Shown: piece after piece, positions 38,922 through 48,682 of the stretch
How the letters are laid out: each line of letters opens with the position of its first letter
Numbering within the stretch: position 1 is the stretch's first letter
Assembly: GCA_963668355.1 (NCBI GenBank)
Contig: OY764265.1
Coordinates: 1,760,001-1,824,000 of the forward strand
Source of the DNA: Bdellovibrionota bacterium
GTDB taxonomy: Bacteria > Bdellovibrionota_G > JALEGL01 > DATDPG01
DNA length: 64,000 nt
Direction: 5' to 3'
Program-made: the position numbers and the translations under genes
The notes under the pieces: generated by a model
Told to the model about the DNA's origin: nothing
The model's database searches: none
The model's input: only the letters and a program-made list of their open reading frames with translations

Positions 38922-40267
38922 GAAAACAACAAGAATTGGGCCATTCCGAAGTAGATGATGATTCCAATAACGTCGACCACAGAGGTGACGAAGGGCCCCG
39001 ACATGATGGCCGGATCAAATCCAAGTCTTTTGAAAAGGAGAGGGAGGGAAGCTCCAGCCAAGGCGCCTGCGATGACTACAAAGATGATGGCCAGACCAAC
39101 CGTGACTGAAATATGCCAGGTGGAAGATCCCAGGGCCGCGCGTGTAAATCCGACGAGGCCCAGAAATACACCCAAGGCGACTCCAATGGTCGATTCCCGA
39201 AGCACCACCTTGAAGAAGTCTTTCACATGAACTTCTCCAATGGCCATGGCTCGTGTGATGAGTGTGACCGATTGCGAACCCGTATTTCCACCCGAAGAAA
39301 GAATCAAGGGAATGAAGAAAATCAGGGCCAAAGCGTTCTCGAACGTTCCCTGATAGTGTTCGAGAGCCCACGCGGTAAAGAATTGTCCGATGAACAAGAA
39401 AAAGAGCCATACGCCTCTTTTTCGTGTGAGAGACCAGATGGAAGCTTCAAAGTAGGGCTCCTCAACCGGTTCGATGGCTCCCATCATGTGAGCATCTTCG
39501 GTTTGTTCTTCAACCAACACGTCCATGATGTCGTCATGGGTGATGATGCCCACGAGTCCTTGTTGGGCGTCAACCACCGGGAGTGCCAGGAGATCGTACT
39601 TGTTCAAAGCGCGAGCGACCTCCTCCTGGTCTGTGCTGACCTCCACAAAAATGGGATCTCGAGACATGATGTCTTTCAACACTTGGTTGGGTTTGGCTAG
39701 CACCAAGTCACGCAAGGAAACCGTGCCTTTGAGTCGACGTCCCTCGCCGAGAAGGTAAATATAGTAAATCATTTCGGATTCCGGAGCGATGGTGCGGAGT
39801 CGTTTGAGGGCTTCAGAGACGGTAATGTCATCCGGGAGGGCGGCATACTCGGTGGTCATGACGGATCCGGCCGTATCCTCTTCATATTGAAGCAGCCGGG
39901 TGACTTCTTGTCTCTCCGCTTGTGCCATCATCGGAAGCAGAGAATCGACGGTTTCTTCCGGAAGGGTTTGAAGAAGGTCCACCCGGTCATCTGGGGAGAG
40001 GTCTTCCAGGATATTGACGATTTCTTTTTGGCCCAAATAATCCAAAACCCTAGATTGGACCTCAATTTCCAGTTGTTCGAAAACGTCAATGCCACGAGGG
40101 GCGCGGAGTATGCGCATGATTTCGGCGATTTGTTCCGCTTCTAGGTTTTCGAGCAAATCGGCGATGTCGGAAGGGTGCAAGTGGTCAAAGACGGCTTTTA
40201 AACTTTCGAGATCTCCGCCCTCGATTGCTTGCATAACTTCAGGTAGAAATAATTGTGATACTTTCAT
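38918..40267 (-). CDS. mgtE: Magnesium transporter MgtE
   Basis: HPSDIA, AGSVMTTEY, CBS pair, FFIPLILSSGGNTGSQ, DPAIMSGPFVT..D. Confidence 0.95.
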   Translation of the reverse strand: MKVSQLFLPEVMQAIEGGDLESLKAVFDHLHPSDIADLLENLEAEQIAEIMRILRAPRGIDVFEQLEIEVQSRVLDYLGQKEIVNILEDLSPDDRVDLLQTLPEETVDSLLPMMAQAERQEVTRLLQYEEDTAGSVMTTEYAALPDDITVSEALKRLRTIAPESEMIYYIYLLGEGRRLKGTVSLRDLVLAKPNQVLKDIMSRDPIFVEVSTDQEEVARALNKYDLLALPVVDAQQGLVGIITHDDIMDVLVEEQTEDAHMMGAIEPVEEPYFEASIWSLTRKRGVWLFFLFIGQFFTAWALEHYQGTFENALALIFFIPLILSSGGNTGSQSVTLITRAMAIGEVHVKDFFKVVLRESTIGVALGVFLGLVGFTRAALGSSTWHISVTVGLAIIFVVIAGALAGASLPLLFKRLGFDPAIMSGPFVTSVVDVIGIIIYFGMAQFLLFS

Positions 40268-40312
40268 GTCCTGCCTCCGACTTAATCGGCCGGGCTGAAA
40301 CTAGACGGCGAG

Positions 40313-40894
40313 ATGAAGACAGTCAATAAGTTATTGATATTATTCCTCTTGATTTGGGGAGTGCGTGTGAGTTCCGTGGGGGCCATTGGGGCCTATCGGA
40401 TTCAGACTCAGGTCCAAGATCAAGCGGAGAAGGGCGTTCAAAAAATTATAGCGGAAGCCCATTTCCCTCAATCTCACTCAGAGGTGTGGATCCTTCTGAG
40501 TCATTGGGAAAATTTTCCTCAGTTCGTGCCCAGATGTCAAACTGTCGACATCATCGAGTCAAATCCTCAACAGGATCAGATCTATATTCGGATGGATCTC
40601 CCCCCAGCGTTGCCGGATTTATGGAATACCTTGCAGGTTAAGAAGGATCCCCAAAAAACCGAGTTGGTGTGGAAAATGATTGGGGGCAATATGGAAAAAA
40701 ATGAGGGGCGGGTCAGCGTCAGACCCGAGGGAACGGGCTCTGTTTTAAAAATGGAGGTTCAGGCAGATCCTGGATTCTTTTTGCCAGACTGGCTCATCAC
40801 GTGGGGGACAAAAAAATTCTTGCCCAAGATTCTTCAGGCTTTTGGGGACGAACTCCAAAGAGAAGCGCAATCCGAGAAAAGTGCAACTCCCTAA
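40313..40894 (+). CDS. Exported SRPBCC/START-like protein
   Basis: Signal peptide; VW..L..WE.FPQFVP, W....GN...NEG, DPG..LPDW. Confidence 0.7.
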   Translation: MKTVNKLLILFLLIWGVRVSSVGAIGAYRIQTQVQDQAEKGVQKIIAEAHFPQSHSEVWILLSHWENFPQFVPRCQTVDIIESNPQQDQIYIRMDLPPALPDLWNTLQVKKDPQKTELVWKMIGGNMEKNEGRVSVRPEGTGSVLKMEVQADPGFFLPDWLITWGTKKFLPKILQAFGDELQREAQSEKSATP

Positions 40895-43224
40895 CGCATC
40901 CATTTGTTTAAGACCAACATGGCTGTGTCGGCAGATCGAAACACCGGGACACCTCCCTGGAGCAATACATTTGCCATGGCATCGTATTCGCTTCCCGAAT
41001 CCACAACGACAATCACCGGCTTTGTGATCTCTGAAGTGCAGGCCTTGACCACCAAATTGGCGAAACTTTCGGGGTGTTCGGTTCCAGGCCCTTCCGGACC
41101 GTCGGGCTCCCGAGTCTTAAGTGCCTGAGTGAGTGGAACACAGCCGTGGACAATGATGTCTACATTCTGATCTTGGGCCAAAGCTTTCAAAACTTCCGCA
41201 TGGGCATGATCCACGGCCATGGGAGTCAAATCCATTGGATTTCGAATGTCCTGCAATCCAGCGAGCCGATAGGTCTCTAAGATTTGGCCAATTCGTTCTC
41301 GGGTTTTTGTTTCGTAAGAAGCAAATTGAAAAGATTCAGCATGATCGGCGATTCCAACCGTTTCATATCCAGCGTTGGAGATGACCGCCAAGCCTCTTCC
41401 CTTGGGCTTTCGTTTATGCAAAAGGGAGGAAAGCATGAGAAGTCCAAGCCATTCGTCAAACGTTTCCGCCATCGTGCACCCGGCTTGTTCGAGAATGGAA
41501 TGTGCTACCGACCAATCTCCTGCGACAGCTGCGGTGTGGCCGCTAGCGGCGTTTCGACCCGCCTCACTTCGCCCCACTTTGTAGACAATGATGTCTTTTC
41601 CTTGAGAAATGAGTTTTTGTGCAGCTTTGGCGACTTGAAGACCTTCATGGGGGCGGAACCCTTCCACATAGCAACCGAAGGTTTGAATGTGTTTTTGACA
41701 TTCCAAGTACTCGAGAAAATCTCCGATACCAAGATCGACTTGATTTCCGGTGGATGCCACAACTTGAGGAACAAAGCCCCCCATCTTGCTCATTCGACTG
41801 ATGGCAAAGGCGCCCGACTGACTCAAAATGGCCGTGTTTTTTCCGAGTGGATGATCAAAGCACAAGGGAAGCTTGGTCTCTGGAATGAAAAGTGTGTTGT
41901 AGCCCCCCATTCGACTGACAACTCCCAAGGAATTTCCTCCGACCATGATGGGTCCTTGTGTTGGCGTAGTTCGACTTTCTCTTAAGGTTGAGCGAATGTG
42001 AGCCTCGAGGGTTTCTCCGCCTTGCTTTTCACCCATTCCCCCGGTGACAAGAATGATCGACTGGGCCTTGTCGTGAGCGACAATCTGTTCAATCATTTCC
42101 GGTACCATTTGAGCGGGAGTTGTCAGCACCAGCAAATCCACTTTTTGAGGCAAACTCTCAATGGACGGATAACATGTAACTCCATCGATGCTCTCGTCCC
42201 CTTTTTTTACGATGTACAGGTCTTTCTCTTTGAGTTTTCCCTCTAAGAGATTTCTCAGAATGGTTCGTCCTACATTCACATTCTTAGAAGACACGCCCAC
42301 GATACAAGCTGTTTTCGGGAGAAGAAGATGCTGAATTTTTTGAATGGGAAGAGAGGGGAGCTTTTTCTCAGCCGTTTTGAAACGCAAAAGTCCATCGACG
42401 GCCACGGGTCGTTCGTTTTGGATGAAAAAAGGATTGATTTCAAACTCCGTGAACCAAAAAGGAGCCTCGGAGTTTAAATGGGAAAAGTGTGTCAGTCCTT
42501 GTCGAAACTGTTCGATCAATTGCAGAAGGGTTTCGGGTTGGATTACTTTTTCATGTCCCCGAGCTGTTCCGGTGAGTGTTTGAAAAGCCAAGGTTTGCTC
42601 GAAATGATCCGGAGAGCCCACGGTTGGGTCGGCCGAAAACGTGCAAGATGCCAACCCCTTCTTCATGCTTTTGGCAAAGAGTTCCGTATCTACGCCTCCG
42701 AGACCAATGTTTAAAATGGGTCCAAATTCGCGAGTGGATCGAGTGCCAACAAAAAGTTCGTTTCCAAAACCAGGTTTGGATGAGAGGCATTCGCTGACCA
42801 GGACGCCCACGACTTCTTGCTTGAGTGTCTGGATCGCATTTTCTCGAGAAGCGAAGGAGGGCCCTTTTGGAAGCTCTTCGCGTTGATTTAAATATTCAAA
42901 AAGGTTTTCTGGAACCTTTGAAAAGAAATGGGAAAGGTTTTCCCTTACCTCATTTCGTCTAACGATTCGAACTCCCTCCACTTCCGTTTTGTGGGCAATG
43001 CGAGGATGAACAATTTTCAAGACAATTTGATCCCCAGGGATGGCGTCCAGGTAATGAAAATCTTCTTGATCTGGAGTGATCAGGGTGTGGGGGATGGGTT
43101 GGCAGATGCCTAAGAGGGAGAGAAATTGATAGACCTCATGTTCGTAGAGAGATGTCCTCCCGTCAGCATGGATTTTCGAGAGTAACTCTTCAGCCGGTTT
43201 CCAGTTCATGTGAGAACCTTCCAT
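40891..43224 (-). CDS. ADP-forming acyl-CoA synthetase (acetate--CoA ligase family), ATP-grasp domain first
   Basis: LKIV....HKTEVEGV, EFGPIL..GLGG, EINP, VDLLVL, SQSGA, ASGHTAAVAG (phospho-His), SNAG, NPMDLT. Confidence 0.85.
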   Translation of the reverse strand: MEGSHMNWKPAEELLSKIHADGRTSLYEHEVYQFLSLLGICQPIPHTLITPDQEDFHYLDAIPGDQIVLKIVHPRIAHKTEVEGVRIVRRNEVRENLSHFFSKVPENLFEYLNQREELPKGPSFASRENAIQTLKQEVVGVLVSECLSSKPGFGNELFVGTRSTREFGPILNIGLGGVDTELFAKSMKKGLASCTFSADPTVGSPDHFEQTLAFQTLTGTARGHEKVIQPETLLQLIEQFRQGLTHFSHLNSEAPFWFTEFEINPFFIQNERPVAVDGLLRFKTAEKKLPSLPIQKIQHLLLPKTACIVGVSSKNVNVGRTILRNLLEGKLKEKDLYIVKKGDESIDGVTCYPSIESLPQKVDLLVLTTPAQMVPEMIEQIVAHDKAQSIILVTGGMGEKQGGETLEAHIRSTLRESRTTPTQGPIMVGGNSLGVVSRMGGYNTLFIPETKLPLCFDHPLGKNTAILSQSGAFAISRMSKMGGFVPQVVASTGNQVDLGIGDFLEYLECQKHIQTFGCYVEGFRPHEGLQVAKAAQKLISQGKDIIVYKVGRSEAGRNAASGHTAAVAGDWSVAHSILEQAGCTMAETFDEWLGLLMLSSLLHKRKPKGRGLAVISNAGYETVGIADHAESFQFASYETKTRERIGQILETYRLAGLQDIRNPMDLTPMAVDHAHAEVLKALAQDQNVDIIVHGCVPLTQALKTREPDGPEGPGTEHPESFANLVVKACTSEITKPVIVVVDSGSEYDAMANVLLQGGVPVFRSADTAMLVLNKWMR

Positions 43225-43228
43225 TATG

Positions 43229-43966
43229 TTATAAATGAGCCGGGATGGTCTCTGACCATTTTTCGGTGGGCGTGTTGTTCAAAAGCGTCACCCACTCTTC
43301 AGCTTTCTCAGGAATGGCAGCTTCCAACGTGATGGAAGTCGTTAACGCGCGGAGGGCCTCCAAGCTTGCTCCCTTTTCTTGAACGTTTTTGAGGAATTCA
43401 GCCACTTTCCGTCCGGAGCGAAAAGCGTTCAAATTTGTTTCAACCACTTTCTCCCCTTTGGGTTTCCAAAGATTCGTGACCCATTCTTCAAAACTTTCCA
43501 ATTTCATGGGTAAGTACAAGGAAGCAGCTCCCAGAACGACCATTCCTTGCGCCAAAGAACTTCCCGCATTCTTAGCCAATGTCATTGCATCGAGGGGAAT
43601 CGTGGTGGGAACCCGTTCGAACTCTTTCCAGAGGCTTTCTGCGTCTGGGTAGTTGGGTATGTTCACAAAAGAGTTGATGCTGGTCACGATGGTTCCCTCG
43701 GGTTTTAGATACTGTGTGTATCGGAGGGCTTCCAGGGGCTCAACGGCGAGAATGAGATCACATTGCCCCAGAGGAATGAGGTCGCTGGCAATGGGTTGGT
43801 CGGATATTCTCAGATTGCTTTGAACGGCTCCCCCTCTTTGCGCCATTCCATGTACTTCTGCTTGTTTGAAGTTGAGTTTTTCTTTGAGAGCTGCATTACA
43901 TAAAACGAATGCAACCGAAAGAATTCCCTGTCCCCCGACGCCCGCAATGATGATGTTTTTTTGCAT
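43229..43966 (-). CDS. iorB: Indolepyruvate:ferredoxin oxidoreductase beta subunit
   Basis: AGVGGQGIL, EVHGMAQRGGAVQS, EPLEALR, N..AF..G. Confidence 0.92.
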   Translation of the reverse strand: MQKNIIIAGVGGQGILSVAFVLCNAALKEKLNFKQAEVHGMAQRGGAVQSNLRISDQPIASDLIPLGQCDLILAVEPLEALRYTQYLKPEGTIVTSINSFVNIPNYPDAESLWKEFERVPTTIPLDAMTLAKNAGSSLAQGMVVLGAASLYLPMKLESFEEWVTNLWKPKGEKVVETNLNAFRSGRKVAEFLKNVQEKGASLEALRALTTSITLEAAIPEKAEEWVTLLNNTPTEKWSETIPAHL

Positions 43967-43979
43967 GGTTCGACTCCTC

Positions 43980-45590
43980 TTATTTCGCTTGTGCTTTCTT
44001 CTTGTTGGATTTTTTTAAACTTTCCAAACATTCGCGTTGAGCGACCACAACGCTCAATCCCTTGTAATCCAGTTCTTTTTTCAATTTTTCGACATTTTCA
44101 TCATGCTTCTTAGGAAGGGGGTCAAGTTTAATCACGTGTTCTGCAGGGACGCCCAATCCTTTGACGATATTGAAAATGGGTTCTCCTGTGGCGGCAGACT
44201 TCTGCCCGCCGGTCATGGCTGTTGTGGAGTTGTCCAGAATCAGAACGGTCATGGGGGTGTTCTCATCCACAGCGTCGAGTAATGGCGTCATTCCACTATG
44301 TGTGAAGGTGCTGTCACCGATCGCAGCCACGGAGGGATGAACTCCTGCGTGAGCTGCTCCTGCGCTCATGGAAATGCTGGCCCCCATATCCACACAGCTT
44401 TGAATGGCATTGTAAGGGGGGAGTGCTGCCAGTGTATAGCAACCGATGTCTCCGAAGACATCTCCCTGTGAGAAGGTTTTCATAGCATCGCGAAGCGCAT
44501 CAAAGGTAAACGCATGAGGGCAGCCGGTGCATAATTGAGGAGGTCGTTTGGCCAGCTCTTCATGGGAAACCAGCGCGTCGTGAGCCTGCAAGCCTAAAGC
44601 TTTTCGTGCCAGGTCTGGATCCAGCTCTCCGGTTCGAGGCAAGTCTCCGGAAAGTTTTCCTTTGATCGTTTTTCCTTCAATCTCCATGAATCCACGGAGG
44701 CGTTGCTCGATGAAGGGATAGCCTTCTTCCAAAACCAATATTTCATCGGCATGGTTTACGAGTTGGCGAATTTTCTCCGTGGGAGCTGGGTATTGGCGGA
44801 TCGTCAGAATGGAATATTCATTTTGCGAATCTGCCAAATTTTCATGCAGATAGTTGATGGCAATGCCGGTTACGATGATTCCTTTTTTTGAGCCTGGAAC
44901 CAGGTTTAATTTGTTGTAGGCGCTTTTTTCACTTTCTTGATCAAAACTGGCTTGGGCTTTTGTGAGTCTGGAATAATTCTGACGCGCATACACAGGAAGC
45001 AGAGTCCACTTGGGCTGGTCCTTGGAGGGATTGAGCGCGTTTTCATTTCGGTTTTCCGGTTCCACTTCAATATTGGCTCGAGAATGGGCCAAACGCGTGA
45101 CCAAGCGTAACATGACTGGAACATTGAGTTTCTCGGAGAGGTCAAAAGCCTCTCGGGTCATGTCATAGGCTTCTTGTTGATTGCTCGGTTCTAAGACAGG
45201 AATCATGGCAAAGTCACCAAAATAACGAGAGTCCTGTTCGTTCTGACTCGAATGCATTCCAGGGTCATCGGCCACGGCGATGACCAACCCCCCATTTACA
45301 CCGGTGATTGCTGAATTCATAAAAGCATCCGCCGCCACATTTAGGCCGACATGCTTCATCGTGATCAAGGCCCTTTTCCCGGCATAGCTCATTCCCAGCG
45401 CTTCTTCGTAAGCGGCCTTTTCATTGGTGGACCATCGAGCATGAACATTTTTGTCTCGATCAAATCGTTTGATGGATTCAAAAATCTCTGTGGAGGGTGT
45501 CCCTGGGTATCCATAAACTCCGGAAATGCCAGAGGCAATGGCTCCCATGGAAACAGCTTCGTCACCGAGTAAAATTGCAGTTTTTTTCAT
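43980..45590 (-). CDS. iorA: Indolepyruvate:ferredoxin oxidoreductase alpha subunit (short form)
   Basis: YPGTPSTEI, NEK.A.E, MKHVGLNVAAD, DDPGMHSSQNEQDSR, RPPQLCTGCPH, GDIGCYTL, IGDSTF.HSG, DNSTTAMTGGQ. Confidence 0.93.
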   Translation of the reverse strand: MKKTAILLGDEAVSMGAIASGISGVYGYPGTPSTEIFESIKRFDRDKNVHARWSTNEKAAYEEALGMSYAGKRALITMKHVGLNVAADAFMNSAITGVNGGLVIAVADDPGMHSSQNEQDSRYFGDFAMIPVLEPSNQQEAYDMTREAFDLSEKLNVPVMLRLVTRLAHSRANIEVEPENRNENALNPSKDQPKWTLLPVYARQNYSRLTKAQASFDQESEKSAYNKLNLVPGSKKGIIVTGIAINYLHENLADSQNEYSILTIRQYPAPTEKIRQLVNHADEILVLEEGYPFIEQRLRGFMEIEGKTIKGKLSGDLPRTGELDPDLARKALGLQAHDALVSHEELAKRPPQLCTGCPHAFTFDALRDAMKTFSQGDVFGDIGCYTLAALPPYNAIQSCVDMGASISMSAGAAHAGVHPSVAAIGDSTFTHSGMTPLLDAVDENTPMTVLILDNSTTAMTGGQKSAATGEPIFNIVKGLGVPAEHVIKLDPLPKKHDENVEKLKKELDYKGLSVVVAQRECLESLKKSNKKKAQAK

Positions 45591-45819
45591 TGCATGCCTT
45601 TCGTTTGTTCCTGATCTTATGGGGCCTTATAGCGAGAAGGGGGAAGTTTGCAAGGACCCAGACCAGGCCTTTTAAAAGGTTTAGAGTGGCGGATATGCGG
45701 AAGGAGAGAAGCTTTGCGGGATGTTTCCCAAATCATTTTTTGGATTTCGAAGGGATTTGGAGGGCTTGAGATTGCGCTTTTCTTCTCCCTTCAGGTAGAG
45801 TACAAGCGCTTGAACAAGT

Positions 45820-45896
<77 letters not shown>

Positions 45897-45936
45897 AAAA
45901 AAAGGCCTCCACCCGAAAGGGTGGGGGCTTTTTTTT
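45897..45936. terminator. Bidirectional intrinsic terminator
   Basis: A-run, GGCCTCCACCC-GAAA-GGGTGGGGGCT hairpin, T-run; lies between convergent tRNA-Pro and rdgB. Confidence 0.85.
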
Positions 45937-45951
45937 GGCGGGGCGGTTTTA

Positions 45952-46548
45952 TTAGAGGAAGGTTTTTAGGATCTTTAGCATTTGATCCAGGGCTTTTGCG
46001 CGGTGGCTGATTCGATTTTTCTCTTCCAACGAAATTTGGGCCATGGTGAGGCTTCGGTCCGGAAGAAGAAAGTGGGGGTCGTATCCAAAACCGTCACTTC
46101 CTCTAGGATCATCCACGATCCTTCCTTCCACCGTTCCTTCGGTATGAAGAACGTCGCCTTCCGGACGACAAAAGACCATGACACAACGAAACCGTGCTGT
46201 TCTTTGCTCTGGGGGAACCTTTTGGAGAAGTTGGATCAGCTTTTGATTGTTTTCAAGGTCGGTCGCTTGGGGCCCTGCAAATCGAGCGGAAAAAATGCCG
46301 GGTTTGCCTTGCAGGGCATCCACTTCGATTCCCGAATCATCGGCAAGCGTCGAAATGTTTAGAGCTTTTGCGATGGTTTGAGCCTTCTTGGTGGCGTTTC
46401 CCAAAAAAGAGTCCTGATCTTCAATCACGTCGGGAATGGACAGGTTTTCAAGAGACTCCAATTCCAGTTGGGGAAAGGTCTTCTCAAATCTGTGAGAAAT
46501 TTCCCGAAACTTTCCCCGGTTCCGCGTCGCAAGAATCAATCGGGTCAT
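45952..46548 (-). CDS. rdgB: Non-canonical purine NTP pyrophosphatase (XTP/dITP diphosphatase)
   Basis: ATRNRGK, ADDSGI..DAL.G.PGIFSAR, GFGYDP, KNRISHR. Confidence 0.95.
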   Translation of the reverse strand: MTRLILATRNRGKFREISHRFEKTFPQLELESLENLSIPDVIEDQDSFLGNATKKAQTIAKALNISTLADDSGIEVDALQGKPGIFSARFAGPQATDLENNQKLIQLLQKVPPEQRTARFRCVMVFCRPEGDVLHTEGTVEGRIVDDPRGSDGFGYDPHFLLPDRSLTMAQISLEEKNRISHRAKALDQMLKILKTFL

Positions 46549-46554
46549 GGTCCG

Positions 46555-47265
46555 TTAAGCCAACGCTTCTTTCTGTTGCTGAATGATGTGTTCAATGGCT
46601 TTCGAGGCCTCGGCTAACATGTTTTGCGCCTCTTCGGCTGAAAACCAGGCATGCTCCGCTGTTCCTTGGAGTTCGACAATGCGGCTTTCCTCTAACATCA
46701 CAAAATTCATATCGACATCACATTTGCTGTCTTGTTCGTAGTCCAAATCCACAAGTACTTTTCCGGACTTTAAACCCAAGCTAATGGCGGCAACGGCTGA
46801 TTTAATGGGACTGGTTGCAATGGCTTTGTTTTTTTGAAGCTTTTGTACGGCCAAGGCCAAAGCCACAAAAGCACCATTGATGGAGGCCGTTCGAGTCCCC
46901 CCATCAGCTTGAATGACATCACAGTCGATGAGAATGGTTCGTTCTCCGAGGGCTGTAAGATCAATGCAGGCACGTAGGGCCCGGCCGATCAAGCGCTGAA
47001 TTTCCTGGGTCCGACCGCTTTGTTTTCCTCGGACGGCTTCCCGTTTCGTTCGGCTATGTGTCGCGGCTGGAAGCATCGAGTACTCCGCAGTAACCCAGCC
47101 TTGATTTTTGTTTTGCAACCAAGGGGGAACCGAATGTTCAACACTGGCAGTGCACATGACCCACGTATTTCCCATGCGTACCAAACAAGATCCGTCCGGG
47201 TGGGTGGTAAAAGATGTTTCGAAACTCATGGGCCTAAGTCCGAGTTCATTCCGTTTCATATTCAT
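46555..47265 (-). CDS. rph: Ribonuclease PH
   Basis: GWVTAEYSMLP, SGRTQEIQRLIGRALR, DCDVIQADGGTRTASI, DMNFV, ELQGTAE. Confidence 0.96.
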   Translation of the reverse strand: MNMKRNELGLRPMSFETSFTTHPDGSCLVRMGNTWVMCTASVEHSVPPWLQNKNQGWVTAEYSMLPAATHSRTKREAVRGKQSGRTQEIQRLIGRALRACIDLTALGERTILIDCDVIQADGGTRTASINGAFVALALAVQKLQKNKAIATSPIKSAVAAISLGLKSGKVLVDLDYEQDSKCDVDMNFVMLEESRIVELQGTAEHAWFSAEEAQNMLAEASKAIEHIIQQQKEALA

Positions 47266-47935
47266 GGGGGGAATTCTTCCTTTCAAAGCGGTATTGGTCA
47301 ATAGCCCGAACCATTTCTTGTGCGACTTGGCGTTGTTTTTCGACGTTCAACCACTTTGAGGCATCCAAAGAGGAAAGGTAGTCAAACTCAATCATTACTC
47401 CGGGTATCGACACCCCCACCAACGGGGCTAGAAGCTGCTCAGAGACGTGCAACTTCGAAACCATGGTTTGGGGTTTAAAGGCAGTCACAAGAAGCTCAGC
47501 CAAGGCGTAGGAGGAGTGTAAAACCGCATCTTGCGACTGTTCGATGGGACGAAGCTTTTGGGTCGTTGTGGCGAGGCTGTGTTTTTGGATATAGATATGC
47601 GTTCCCGTTAAATGCGGGTCGGCTGAAACCGCAAAATGAAAACTCAAAAAAACCCCATTTTTTACGGAACTGGCGACACGTCTTCGTTCATTAAAGGAGA
47701 TCAAATCATCTCCTTGGCGCGTTAAGGTGACGACGATGTCGTCTTGGTCTTGGAATTCTTTTTCAACGGCTTGGGCCAGGGCCAAGGTAAGGTTCTTTTC
47801 TTTCAGTTTTCCGTATTCAATCCCGGTGTCCGAGCCTCCATGGCCTGGATCCAAAACCACATGAAAGCTTTGAGCAAAGCCTTTCAGCGGGAAGAGGGCG
47901 AGGAAAATCGCCAGAAGTTTAAGGTAACGAAACAT
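47246..47935 (-). CDS. N-acetylmuramoyl-L-alanine amidase (Amidase_3)
   Basis: Signal peptide; LDPGHGG, EKNLTL, LTR..D, SFH, IE. Confidence 0.82.
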   Translation of the reverse strand: MFRYLKLLAIFLALFPLKGFAQSFHVVLDPGHGGSDTGIEYGKLKEKNLTLALAQAVEKEFQDQDDIVVTLTRQGDDLISFNERRRVASSVKNGVFLSFHFAVSADPHLTGTHIYIQKHSLATTTQKLRPIEQSQDAVLHSSYALAELLVTAFKPQTMVSKLHVSEQLLAPLVGVSIPGVMIEFDYLSSLDASKWLNVEKQRQVAQEMVRAIDQYRFERKNSPHEYETE

Positions 47936-48605
47936 ACCTTTTCCATTCCGTCTCTCCGAACCGATTTTGCACAAAGCGAAGACCTTCTCGAATTGAAGAA
48001 AGTTGAAACGGACGATGCAAGTCGCTGGCGACCAGGTCCACAAGCTTGAGTCGAAAGAGTTCTACGGCTGCTTTTCGAATGGCTGGATGGGCTGAAGGGG
48101 CGAGGTTGGCCAGGTCAACCTGAATTCGAAAGCCCAATTCTCGATACGTTTTGGCCCTCTTGGGCTCTTTGATGATGGAATCGTATCGTTCCGCGTGGGC
48201 TAAAATTGGGAAAATCAACTTCTTTTGAAGCTCTTTTGCGTAGGCTGCAAGGACTTGGGGAGCGGCAATGGAGGGAAGCTCAATCAGTTGGAATCGACGA
48301 TTTTCCCATGAAAAAGGAAAGGTATCTCGCTCCGGTGCTGTGAGAAGAGCAGGATCCAGAAAACACTCCCTTCCGCGAATCAGATTGACCTCGATCCCAT
48401 GCTGAAGAATCAGGGCCTGGGTTTTTTCCATCGCGGCATCGATGGACTCAAGAGAGGGGGTGTAACGTCCGGGGTAAAAATGGGGTGTACACACCAAATC
48501 TGAAAACCCCATTTCGGAAAGGCCTCGAACACATTCGAGGGTTTCCTCCAAAGATTTAGATCCATCATCAACCTCGGGAAGGATATGGGAGTGGACATCC
48601 AACAT
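47919..48605 (-). CDS. PHP-family protein-tyrosine phosphatase (CpsB/CapC/YwqE-like)
   Basis: DVHSHILP.VDDGS, TPH, PILAHAERY, ASDLH. Confidence 0.88.
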   Translation of the reverse strand: MLDVHSHILPEVDDGSKSLEETLECVRGLSEMGFSDLVCTPHFYPGRYTPSLESIDAAMEKTQALILQHGIEVNLIRGRECFLDPALLTAPERDTFPFSWENRRFQLIELPSIAAPQVLAAYAKELQKKLIFPILAHAERYDSIIKEPKRAKTYRELGFRIQVDLANLAPSAHPAIRKAAVELFRLKLVDLVASDLHRPFQLSSIREGLRFVQNRFGETEWKRYVSLP

Positions 48606-48682
48606 TTGGCCAAAAGTTTACCACAAGAAACGGGTTCAAAAAGGTCATGACGGAAAAAGCCATAATGGTACGATGCGTTTGA

